Positions 25,737 to 37,853 of a stretch of 64,000 bases of DNA are shown one piece after another (position 1 is the first letter of the stretch; every line of letters starts with the position of its first letter). This stretch comes from Marsupella aquatica (lineage: Eukaryota; Plantae; Marchantiophyta). Made by a program: the position numbers and the translations under genes. Below the pieces are notes generated by a model, which saw only the letters and a program-made list of their open reading frames with translations, did no database searches and was not told the DNA's origin. Where the stretch lies: NCBI GenBank assembly GCA_973895155.1, contig OZ316898.1:7117079-7181078 (forward strand), written 5' to 3'.

Positions 25737-28700
25737 AGACAGATCATTGGAACATTTTACAATAAATATAATATCTTCTGTTGAGGTTGTTATTGCCACG
25801 TGCTTCGGAGTGCCGTGGTTTTATACTGTGAAGTATTTCTCTTGAAAAAGCGAACCGTAAATTTATTGTAAAGAGTGTTAATTTACAACAAAGGTGGGAA
25901 AATAAAACTAAATAAATTGGCCACTTAAGGTCCATGTTTTACATTTAAAGCCAATAATCGATTCATGCATTAAGATGATGGGGAGAGTAGGGCCAGATTA
26001 ATATGATCAGTGGTCATTTTCTCTCTAAACTTAATAACCCTCTAAGCCAAACATTCTAAGCCTTTTCACCAACCAAAGAGAATTAAGACTCGTTCAGGTG
26101 AAGTGAGAAATTACATCTTGTGCATTCTTGAGTTCCAGGTAGTGTGCAAGATTCTTCTATGTGGGCTCTAAAGGACAGCACATCCAGAGCCTTGCTCTAC
26201 TCAGGAATTGGGAAGATTTCACACATTAATGAGATGCTAAATTCAAACTTTACACAATTTTACTCACAAATAAATGTCTGTCTACAAGCCATTTAAAAGG
26301 CTTTTCCTTCCCGAGCTGGTGAGGGTTCTAGAGAAATACAAAGTCCTTCCTTCTTTCAGCCTCTAGGGACAAATGCCAGGTGTCCCGGGGAACAGAGGGT
26401 GAGGCTCACAACCAGCAAGGGGATAGATTTTGTATGTGAGGGTCATTCCATAACATATGTGAGAGACATAACATCCCATAAACATCAATAAATTATTAAA
26501 TTTTTTTAAAGGAGAAATCTGTGAAACCCCACAGAAAAAGAAGAGTCAACCACAATAGTTGAACCCAAGACCTATCAGTCTCTACTCAAACTAGTTATCA
26601 CAAAGTCATCCTCTAGATCTATGAGTATCAACTCAAGTGAGGTACCACACAGTCATGCCTCTTTGGGCAGTAAACATCAAAATTGACAAACAAGAGAAAC
26701 TTTTCCCCATGCTTTGCAAGGTCTAATATCAAATAACTATATCCTGTGTAAAAAATCAACGTCAAAAGTGGTGAAAAAATCCATTTTCAGTAGGGTTACT
26801 TTTCAGTTCGCTTCTGCACCAGTAAGCGTGTGTGTATCCAATTTGCTTGCTGTATAAAATGATCAGCTGGGAAATAAAAGGAAGTTAATTCCCTGGCAAG
26901 AGCTCACTGCTTGGGCAATCTATGGCTGGTTCCTGCACAAAATACTCAGCTTAGCCTATAGTACTCACTTCACATCACATATAGTACAATCATGTATACC
27001 AAAGAGCATGTGCTATTTTCATGAATTCTAAAGTATTAGTGTTTAGGTTTCCACACACAACTGTATTCTGAAAATGTGATAGTTTTTAAGAAATCACCGA
27101 ACAGCATTTTCAGCATAAGAGGGTCAGTACATGAGTGGGACAGTCTGCAGTGCAGGTTAGATTACTGTTCACCTGGGCAAATGAAAACGAGTTGTCATTT
27201 TAGGAATTTAGGGTCAACGAAACTGTCAAATGTTCCTGTTAATAGTGGCAGCTATGGATTTATTGTCTCTGTACTTTGGCAGCAACCGCGCTTTTTTTCC
27301 CACCGACCGATGGTTTCCCACACAAATGGAGCCCACTTGTGAAGCCAAGCAGTGTGCGCAGAAAGGCTGCTTTTCAACGGGCAAAGGAAGCTTGAGCGAT
27401 AACTGGATTCATTTATTCCAGACCTACTGAAGTGTGCATTGAGTTGAGTAGTGCAAACTGTGATGGCTTCATTTCAGCTGTTTGTCACGGGGAAACTGTG
27501 ATGGCTTCATTTCAGCTGTTTGTCACGGAGTATCTTGACTATTGATGCGTCCACAGTTGAAAATTCTTTGACAACACCGTCCCAAAAAGCCAGAGCCGTG
27601 GCATTGAATTGGGAACTATCCAATCTGATAGAGGAATGATTCTCGATGTAGTTTCTTAGTACGAATTTATCCTGGGAAGTTGTTTTCGACTCATCATATC
27701 AACAGCAAAGTAACTTTCTGATTCTTACAGTGCACGAAGTGTTAGTGAGGCATTCAAGGATTGTAATGCCGTGCTTGGCCGTTACTCTTTCAATGCCTCT
27801 ACTTCTAAGCATGATGATGAAAATGATTATGGAAAACACACTCCCATTCAAGGGGGACATATATACAACGAGCTGTCAGTTGAAGATTTACAGGCGAATG
27901 CATACTCGTAATTAAGCGTACTGCGGAGGAAGACGAGAGGAGAGGGGAGCTGAGAAGCGGACAACTCGATTGTGAGCAGACTTTCAACATTACAGCATTA
28001 AAATTTCCCGGAGGAGACGAAGACAAAGGCCAACAGTTTAAACGAATCTAATTGACCGTAAGAAGTCGAGACAACATCTTCACAACGTATTTCATGGGAT
28101 ACACGATAATAATCATGCCCAAACACACGTTCAGGCAGAAAGTTTAGTGCTAGCAGTGACGATGACTTATCAATTGAACATTGTTGCAAACAGAGCTCAC
28201 AGTTGGCCACAATCGTCCAAGACAGTCGACAATGACCAAAGTCTCATTAAACAATTCATGGCAATGGTGACCATCAATTCAACACTGTTTCAGATAGGGC
28301 TTAGAGTTGGCATCAATCGTCCAAGACAGTCGACAATTATCGAATACCGCACACCAAATTTATTGCCTGCAACATCCGTTTCTCATAATAATGTCAAAGT
28401 CTACGTATTAACCCGGACGAGGCCACCTGTACATTTCGTAAGAACTCTTTACAACCTAGACATCTGCGAATACTGATGGCCTGGGAGGAAGTTTCCCAAC
28501 GAGAGCCGATAACGACTCAATACATTAAGAAAATCTATACAACTTGGACATCTGCGATTCCAAACGGCATGGGAGGAACTTTCCCAACGAGAGCCTAGCA
28601 CGCCTCGGTAGATAATCAAGCAATCATGCTTCTGTAGATGCCTTGGAAATGTGCAGAACAACGAGCCCACCTAAAGCGACTGTTCTGTTGGCTGCTAAGT

Positions 28701-28919
28701 TACAAACTGAACAAACCGCTATCTCAACCGTCTCGGCAGATGTAGTGGTCTACATATTCTACAGACATTCCGGGGCCTCTACATATATCCTACAGACATT
28801 CCGGGTCCGGTCTCAATTTCAGTGAACAAGGCTCCAGAAAAGTTGCACCAACTTCTTCGAGTATATCTGCAAGAAAGTGAAGTAAATCTGAAATGTATGT
28901 ATCAGTACTGGGCACCGAT

Positions 28920-29405
28920 CTATTGAGCAGGAGGAGGCGTAGATGCGGGAGGCGTAGATGCGGGAGCACCAGCTGCCGGAGCACCAGCTGCCTTTGGCTG
29001 TCCATACTTATCCAGATACGTCTCAGCCTTGTTGAAATAATCCCCGTATTGGCTGTCCTTGGCAAAACCGGATTTCTCAGCTGATTTCAGCACATTCGAG
29101 GCCGCCGAAGCGAGCTCCTGGTCGTCGATGTTGGATTGCTTCCCCGACATCTTATCCTGGAGTCCGTGGTACAGCGTCTGTGCGTTGCCATAGACCTCTG
29201 CGTAGCCCGCTGAACCTGCAGCACTAGCAGGGGGAGCAGGGGGAGGAGTGGTGGCCGCCGATAGCGCCTGCGGGTTGGTGGCTGCCGGAGCATCGGTCGT
29301 CGGGGCCGAATTGTGAGAACCCATGAAACCTTGCGCCTGCTTCATCAAATTGGCCTCTCCGGCACTCCCTCCCATGCTCTCAGACGCCTTCTTGAAGAAA
29401 TCCAT
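28920..29405 (-). CDS. Nodulin-related protein (NRP1/NRP2)-like, single exon, 161 aa
   Basis: MDFF start, core ELASAASNVLKSAEKSGFAKDSQYGDYFNKAETYLDKY similar to Arabidopsis NRP1, and a MKQAQGFM motif. Confidence 0.8.
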   Translation of the reverse strand: MDFFKKASESMGGSAGEANLMKQAQGFMGSHNSAPTTDAPAATNPQALSAATTPPPAPPASAAGSAGYAEVYGNAQTLYHGLQDKMSGKQSNIDDQELASAASNVLKSAEKSGFAKDSQYGDYFNKAETYLDKYGQPKAAGAPAAGAPASTPPASTPPPAQ

Positions 29406-29629
29406 GGCCGCTGGCTGGCTAGAAAGGTCTCAAGTACAGTCCAACGTGCACCACAACTCACTCGATCCTCCGAATTGGAACTCGAAAACTCGCCAAATCA
29501 ACAATCGATAGAATGCACTTGTCTCCGATTTCGAAACGACACTTTGCAGAATGAGGAGGTGATCAGAGGCTGAAGTGGGACTGCTGTGAGACTGAAAGTG
29601 GATGTTGCTGTGTTGTCTATTTATCCTGT

Positions 29630-29637
29630 TTTTTATA
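29630..29637 (-). promoter_or_regulatory. Candidate TATA box of the NRP-like gene
   Basis: Reverse complement TATAAAAA about 230 bp upstream of the ATG. Confidence 0.45.
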
Positions 29638-31595
29638 GAGGCAGGTATAAAGTGTACGCTATACGAGGAACTTAGCCGCGTCGCCCCGGGATAACCGGTG
29701 AGTGGGCCCAGTGGACTGTACAGTAAACTGCGACTGTACAGTCCACTCCGGCACTCCCTTCCATATCGCCCCCTACTCCCCTAGAGGAGCATTTCCCTTA
29801 TTAGTCCCTTACTGGCCAGAATTCCACTTTTGGCGAGAATGAGTTTATTTTGTCTTTCCATGAGGCCAGTTCCTCACCTGGCTACCCTTTCAGTCAGAAT
29901 CTGACGGTTATCCTTAAATCTAGAGAGATCAATCTTGAGAGATATGGTAGTAAAATTAGATAAAGAATCTTCTGAACATCATGGAGGAGTTCACACACAC
30001 CATTCTGCAAAAGAAGGACACCACAAGTACTTTATTTAGGGAGATTTAGTGTTCAGAAACTAAATGAGTAAAATTTGATTTAATGAATATTCTTAACCTT
30101 CACACAACGAAGGTGACCCTGACGAAAAAGGAAAAACTTTAAAAATCACCATTGGGAACACTCTTAGGAAAGAAGGGGAAGGTGCACTCTCAGTTAAGTT
30201 CAACATGGATGATCTTGAATGTATAGACGGGGCCTGTGACAAAAATGGGGTTTGGTCACAAGACGACTATTGAATTTAATCTCTTGGTCTGCAGCCAGAG
30301 CACCAACTCCTTCACCCTTGCTCATTCCATTCTTTGTACCGTCCTTCTATATTTTTATTGTTTGTTGTATACTCTCAAGAATCTGACCTCCCTTCACTTT
30401 GTTCATTGAGTCAGTGCATGCCGATTCTCATGGTTGCACTTCTTGATAAGTGCAACATTGATGACCATGCACTTATTGAAATGCTGCATGATCCCTCATG
30501 CCTACTCGGATTGTACAACACCTCCCATAAAATCCCCTGTACCCTACTGCATAATTGCAACGCTATACACTATGACAAAAATGTCAACACGTATTGAGAC
30601 GTTTTGCAGACCATGTCATAGCTAGTATTGATAAATGTATATGCACTCTAGTAGAGAGTTTGCACTCATGTTCCTATCTTCTAGTGGAGAACTGGAAACA
30701 CTTATAAAAGGTACACTTGCTAGGGCATCAGGACCCTTGGCGGGCATTTCCTGGGACATTGCCTTTGTGACAGGGCTTCAGGGTATTTGAAGCCCAACTC
30801 GGACTTAGGTCGACAGTGGGCTGGTACCTTTTGCATTACTATAACCAGAACTCTTCCTAATTTTTGTTGGTGAAATAATACAGATCTTGCACTAAACTCT
30901 CAACCACTTTGTGTGTTTAATTGAAGCAAATACTTAGACCAAGTGTATAAGTTCAGGTAATGTCAATGCATCCATGCCTTCTCCAAGGCTTAATTGAAGT
31001 ATAAAGTAAAGGTAAATTTACATTTTCTAAAATGACTTTATAACACAAAACCCTTGACTCATTAATGAATTTTCTTTTACCGTTGAGTCATTCTTCCGTA
31101 AGGCATATAGCATGCCCAAAGAACTTTCCCCTGGACTCTAATATTTGCTGAGCCCCTCAAAAAGGGAATCAAGACACACTTGATGTTCTCAGCGGTTCTG
31201 TACCAAATTATGTCACTCGTTCAATGCTTCAAATCTTTTATATATCCCTTAGTGGCTAGTGGTAGGAATTGTATGAAATTTACAAAAATGGAAAATAGGA
31301 GTGTTTTGGCCTCAAACTGGGTTGCAAGGCTTAGGATTTCCAGACTGTACTAAGACAAGGGGATGAAATATAGTTTTTGAACTTGACGGGAGATTTGGAA
31401 GAATTCTAACATTTGGCATTAAGTTGTGAACATTGAAATTCTCAATTGAGTTTGTTCATGAGATGAAGATGAGCCATAGAGTTCAATTATGCCTCAAAAT
31501 TCACTCAAAATTGATTATAGCATAACTGCAAACAGTTCCCTGCAAGTACTTTCATTGCACATATTACAAGTGGAACCAGTATATGGGTCCAAAAA

Positions 31596-32270
31596 GCCAA
31601 TTGGCTGTGGTCAGTTGGCTAGGGAATTAGCCTAGAACCAAGAGGTCCCAAGTTCAATTCCCCCTCCACATGCAAGGGGAGGGAGGATATATGTGTGTAT
31701 GTGTAGGTGGGGTGTAGTGGTGGGAGTTCTAGTTTTTTCTCAACCCTTAGCTGGTCCATCTTGGGGCCCTGATTCAATCCTCTCTCCCTTGTTGAGCATA
31801 GGCGACAATTGCAACGGCAAGCCCATGACCCATCCAACGCACAAAAGTCGACACAGAGAGATACTTGGTTCACCTCCACATGAGGCTACGTTCATGGGAA
31901 CACACATGAGCTTTACTGCACTCTAGGCTTACCGGCCATACCAAGCATCCATAGCGCAAGCTCTCCCTATCTCTCAACTAGTTCCGTAACAATGAGCCCG
32001 AGTTCACACTCTCCAAGCAAACACCGCTTGGTTATAGAGTGTGCACAACATGACTAACCTAACCAAGCCTGCGACTAAGGTTAGCCTTAACTATGGTACA
32101 ATCGTAACTCTAGACCTAAGAGTAAATCCTAACATCCCTCATGGTCTTTCTTGTCGGATCCTTGGGTAGTGTCCCCTTGTGACTACCCTACATAAAATTA
32201 CATGCTCTGGAGCATGTCATCTATCCTCGATCTGTTGGATGGGCTGTTTTATGCTTTCAAGACAAAAATA
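31596..32270 (+). mobile_element. tRNA-derived SINE-like element (interrupted by a solo LTR)
   Basis: A-box-like TGGTCAGTTGG and B-box-like GTTCAATTCC. The body is homologous to 36064-36390 on both sides of the insertion. Confidence 0.75.
31790..32134. mobile_element. Solo LTR (345 bp)
   Basis: TGTTG...TAACA termini with a perfect 5-bp TSD TCCCT (31785-31789, 32135-32139). Absent from the sister SINE copy at 36 kb. Confidence 0.88.
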
Positions 32271-33849
32271 CATATAATTTTTTCCCAAGTGTAACCATTA
32301 TAACTGTGTGTCCAGCTTTCCAAAAGTGTTTAATTTGGTTTCATATAATATACAAAAACACAATCCCCACAGGTCAGGGGCGCATGACATTGGTGCACAT
32401 TGAAATCTGGTGCTTGAAAGTGAAGAAACTCAGCAGGTGCATTAAACAACTGATTGCACTGTATATGTTGCACTGTATGGGGTGCACTTGTGCCGTACAG
32501 TCAGGGGCTTATGACATTTTTTTGTTCTCGGGAGATATTTTAGTTTAAATAATAAAAAACTAGAAAGGGTGTACAGCACACAAGGCTCACCACAGTTTGG
32601 TCACCACCGGCAATGGAGCAGAGATTGATAGTCTCTCTCTAAGTGCACAGTCCCGGGGAGTATCCGGAGCTCACTTGACTGGCGTGGTGCACTTAGATAA
32701 TGGTTTGCAATGGGACTTCTTTAGTCGACATTCTTGTGACTTAAACGTACATCCTACCCTAAGACGTGATTAACTCAATTACAATTTTTATTCTGTGTAA
32801 ACATTACACGCATCAAAGGAATTGTCCAAAGAATTGTGCACTTAACTATAAGTGCGCAGAAGGAGAAACAACATTAAATGGTACGACAAATCTTTCAGGT
32901 ATAAAAATGTACAATCTTCTCTTTCTTTGTTACTACAGTGGGGCATTGCATCATGGGCAATAATAAAACCCTTCAAAACTTTGGCTACAGCCCTTGGCTT
33001 GAGGGGTGTTATGGCCTACAAATGCCCTGTTTTGGCGTTAAAATGTACAGAAAACGCAGGGGACAAAAACTTAAGAAGAGGATACATTGCAATTAGCCAG
33101 GGTTTGCAATTATACAGTGAGCACTTAGCGAGAACCTCCTGTACATGCTCAGCATGGCGGACTGCAGACTGCCCCGGGCTCCTAATTATACGGGGGTGGA
33201 TATGGTCGGCGGGCCACCAAATCGGATCAGCATAAAATTGCAAAATTCCGGGGCCCTAGATTGTAGACATGACTATTTTACCTACATGCTTCATTTATTA
33301 CCACCGACCAATCTTGATTGCACTGCAGTGTCATACTAATCTAATCTAGATTGACTGCTTCGAATGGCAACCTCATCATTTGGACTCATTTTCACTTGGT
33401 TTTCTTTTTCTTTTTCTTACTTTTCTTGAAACATCCACTTGAATTCGATTCAAAGAGATCGGGTGGCCCATTTTTCTATTCTGTTCTGGTTTTGAATGGG
33501 AATGAGCTCCGACTGATGGGGTCTCAATTCAAACTGTAAATAGGTGCGCAGAGATTCGCGGATAGGCAGCCAAATTAATATTTCGTAGAAAGTAGGTGCT
33601 GAGCTCCGGTAGCGTCGTAATTGGTCTTCAGAATGCATTTTCCGAAAGTAGAGTGGGACGTGACATTAGAAATGTTCCCATAATGAAGCTACCATCATTT
33701 CTGTTTATGTAAATTTCTTTCATCGATCTACATCATGTAACAACAAAAACATTTGCACAGGTTTTTGGCTACTTGGCCTCCGTGCATTGCTATTTGAGTA
33801 GTAGGTTTCCCATCTCAATCGTACTGAATCACAACAGTGGTGCTCTTCT

Positions 33850-34230
33850 GTTTGTTTGGCTCCAAAGGCTCCAAGATTCTCATCTGAACCGTACTCGATC
33901 ACAGAATTTGTGATCATCTGTTTGTCTGGCTCTGGGTTTCCACCTCAATTGCACCTCGATCACAGAAGGTTAACTTTTTGCCCCGAAAAAAACTTACTCT
34001 ATCACAGAAGTTTGTACTCGATGAAAGCATGTTTGCTCGATCACAGAAGTTTTGCTCTGGTTTGGCTCGAGGTTTCTCATCTCAACCGTATCCAATGACA
34101 GAAGTTGCACGATCGTCATTCTGTTGGTTTGGCTCTCAGTTGTCCACCTCAATTGTACTGGATCACAGAGGTTATGATCGTGATTGGACGGAGGTTCCCA
34201 TCTCAGTCGCACTCGATCACAGAAGTCGTG
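33850..34230. repeat. Degenerate minisatellite with a CTCGATCACAGAAG core
   Basis: About 7 occurrences of (CTC)GATCACAGA(A)G-like motif plus TTTGGCTC...TCCACCTCAATTG subunits. Confidence 0.7.
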
Positions 34231-35223
34231 ATCGTATGTTTGCTGGGCTCTATAGAATGATGACCAGGAGATGAACGCGGTTTACATGGATACCGGCACG
34301 GAAGAGTACCACTCTCCTGTATCGTGAGATGTGATTTGGGCAATTGCCACGCAGGTTGCACCGATACCACTGTCCAATGCTGGCTAAGACCAAACCAGCG
34401 AACAGAAAAAGCAAGGCTGTTTATATCTTCGCTGTTTATATCTACGCTGTTCATATCTTCGCTCCCAAATCACATCACGCGGACGCACGTATCGTATCCC
34501 ACTGGAATCGTGTCGACCGACCAAGCAGAAGCCACCTTTTATAGGAACGTCAGTCGCAGACTCGCAGAAGGAATATAGAAAAGCAATATATCGACTGTTG
34601 TGGAGGAGATCCGCAGTCCAACAATTATTGATCCATGAAGCGCCGCAGATTGATGAAGAGAAATTGCAGGCACTGGAGTATCCGGGTGGAATCTTGTGGA
34701 CCGACCACACTGAGGCAACGTTAGAAATTCAGGAAGATGAGTTCCCCAATTAAGTGCTGTTTTGACAGTGGGACTGTCAAAACTCACTCTTCCCAGTTCC
34801 CACTGCCAGTCTCCCTCAGAGTGTCATAGCCTGGAGTATCTACTGAAATATCCAGCTAATAAATGGGATTCAAAGCCTCAGAGCTAACAGCTAGTCCAGA
34901 GTGAAACCTATGGACTCTGACATTGTGGGGAAGGGAACTGAACAGGGCACATCTATTTGTTGGGGTTGGAAAGGGCACATGGCACTCACCATCTACTGTA
35001 GTTATGAGCATTCAGGCTATTCATATTAAATGGGGTGCACTCGAATTAAGTTAAGCTTAATGCCTTAGCACTTTTTTTTGTGGTGATTTCCGGGTCATTT
35101 ATAGAAGAATACAGGGGCAAGATTTGGATCAGCTCCTTATGAAAATCCTCCAGTGCTTTTTTTCTGAAATTAGCAACGATAAGATTTTTACAGCCAGGCC
35201 TTTAATTGTGTTAAGGTTGTGTT

Positions 35224-35390
35224 ACCAGAGCATTGTGGGCAAATAACAGCCCCTTAAAAAATTCAGCCTGAATTCTCTTTACTCGGGGCATTCTGGCACC
35301 CCAACATTGTGGGCAAACAACAGCCCCTCAAAAAATTAGGGCAGAAGCTCCCTTTACTGGGGGCATTAATATGGCGCACAATGCCCTGTC
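35224..35390. mobile_element. Small TIR element (CAGGGCATTGTGGG family); related pieces at ~32933-33030 and ~58337
   Basis: CAGAGCATTGTGGGC ... GCGCACAATGCCCTG termini with an internal duplicated CATTGTGGGCAAA..ACAGCCCCT. No clear TSD. Confidence 0.45.
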
Positions 35391-36063
35391 AATAGGACTT
35401 CACTATATACATAAAACCCTCTCAAAGTCATCCAAATGAGCCTAGTTCAATGGGAGGTAATCTCTCTGGGAAGGAAGATGCGAGAGCTAACTCTATGAGG
35501 TGCACTCAGATTTTCTTTAACTTAATGCCCTTCCATGATTTTCCCTTTGTAATTTTCAGTGCATTAGTGGTAATAGCCCTCAAAAGTCAAGCTAAAGCTC
35601 TTGTTTCTGCAGGTCATTTATATCCCACCATTGCCCTGTAATCAGACCATTAGGATATACTGAAACCCTCCCAAAGTGGGTACACCAGGAGCACTTGGCC
35701 TCAACCTTTCATCGAACACAACAACCAACACTCTTTGGGCACTATAATTGCATATTAAAATATGACGTATATGTGTATGACATCTCTCTATACTATCATA
35801 AAGCTCATTATTTTCTTTACATCAGGAAGTGCACACCATCTATTACCACATTTTGATGTGTGATTACCGGCAGGGCACTCTTCCCTAGTGAATTAACAAT
35901 CTTTGAGTGAGTCAGACACTGCCGTAAAGGCGCTTACCGGGACTCGTCTTTTATGAGAAACGTCAGCTGCTGGTGGATTGTACAGCAACAAGCGTTGCCG
36001 CAGATTGATGAAGAGAATTTCCAGGCACTAAAAGGTAACGATGCATTCAAGTTTGCACCACTG

Positions 36064-36390
36064 AACCAACTGGCTTTGGTCAGTTGGCCAGTGGATGAAC
36101 CTAGAACCGAGAGATCCCAGATTCAATCCTCCCTCCACATGCAAGGTGTGTGTGTGTGTGTGTGTTTTGATGGGGTGTAGTGGTGGAAGTATTGGTTATC
36201 TCCTTAGCTTTTGGCTGGCCCACTTTGAATTGGGGCCCTGGTGTAACCCTCTTTCCCTCCTGGTCTGGGTCCCTATTGGATCCCTGGGTATTGTTTCCTT
36301 GTGACTACCCTACATAAAGTCACATGCTCCAAAGCAGGATGTTTATCCTTTGTTGGATGGGCCTGCTTTTGGTTTCAAGGCAAAAATATG
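36064..36390 (+). mobile_element. tRNA-derived SINE-like element, uninterrupted copy with (TG)n
   Basis: TGGTCAGTTGG and ATTCAATCC boxes. Shares CCTCCACATGCAAGG, GGGGTGTAGTGGTGG and GTGACTACCCTACATAAA with the 31.6-kb copy. Confidence 0.75.
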
Positions 36391-37734
36391 TTTGCATGTA
36401 TCATCCACGACCGTTTTCAAGATTCATACTTTCTGAGCAAGGAGAGTGATTGGCAAAGCACACAAAATCACCTGTACGAGAAATTAAAGAAAAGGGATGA
36501 CTGTGGCAGAGCTAATGCTTATTCTGAGTCTATACAAGATATTTACTTGATGGGACCCAAAAATGGAAATTGTTACTTGGTAGGACGCCTGAAGTTTTGG
36601 GTACTTTGATTCAAGGTTTATCACTGAGGTCAATCAACGGTACAGATCACTCAGGGGTCCTATCAAACTGACAACACTTTTCATTTTGGGGTCTTATCAA
36701 GTAAATACCTCAAATGGATAGAGGAGCATCCAGGTAATCTCTTGAGTATGAGTTTATAGACTGTGCTTTAGTGTCCACACGGTGTCCACAGGGACACATC
36801 AGTCAACAATTAAGAAAAATATTGAGCGCCGTAGTAGACGGGCGTCCCGCAATGCACTCGGGACCACCAAAACTAGGTATAGCCGGGCAGTGATACTTTT
36901 GGGTTCTCAGATTTGAGAGGGGTCGCGGCAGTGTGAGAAACTCGCAAGGTGAGTCAATGAACACACTGAAATTGGGTCCTCTACTTGTAGCCCATCGGCC
37001 TCAGTTTCGGTCACGACTCCCATGTGATTGGTCAGGCCTCACATTCGGACCAGTCGTGTTCCTGCTACCCCGGGTCACAACACTGGCGGATGAGGTCAAG
37101 CACAAAAATTCATTGTATTTGGGACACCTAGTAAAGCGCATGACTGACAGAGGCTTAGGGCTGTCTTGCATGTGCAAGAGTCCTGAAAAAAGCAACCCTT
37201 AGCACCCCACCGATGTTGGCAAAAAGTGTGTGACAGGATCTAAATACAATCAAGAAGAGCTTACGTGTGCCGTGCTTACTCAATCGCATCTACTCCACCG
37301 CAAATTGTACAAGGCAGGATCCGCTGCGGTTTTGTTTTATTCGCAGTTCAAAGTTCGGGACCTCAAGGGCCGGAAAATTTCCGGCCCTTGCCCTTGCATA
37401 TCCTCTAAAGCCGCCGTCATGACTGCCGGCCTGTTGCTGCATTTACAAATGCCACGGGTTCAGTTTAGGGCCGGAACACAAAGGACTTGTCACATGCAAG
37501 ACGGCCCTTAGGGCTAGGTTTCATGGGACTGGGAGTGAGGAGTGCACATGTGTCTTAGCATGCTTAAGATCACAGCTTTTCCTGGGAATGAGGAGTGTAC
37601 AAATAAGAAAGTAGGGAGTATGGTTTTCCCTCACACTCCCTGTTAAACTCTAGGGCACCCCCTGCCCTTGTATAGTGATAATACAGTGCCTTCTCATACA
37701 TTTAACATACTGTGCACACCTTGGCATCCCGTGT

Positions 37735-37853
37735 GTCTGGGCCCCATGGGGTGTCAAGAGGAGCGTGTTTGGGCCCCATACGGTGTCAAGAGTCTGGGCC
37801 CCATGGGGTGTCAAGAGGAGCGTGTTTGGGCCCCATACGGTGTCAAGAGGAGC
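37735..37853. repeat. 57-bp tandem duplication built from two GGGCCCCAT..GGTGTCAAGAG subunits
   Basis: Directly visible exact repeat. Confidence 0.9.

Noticed and set aside
30410-30630. Minus-strand SYDMVCK and HGHQCC resembling a KDZ/Zisupton transposase
   Set aside because: The motifs lie in different frames, are very short, and lack the downstream DGE..ER motif.
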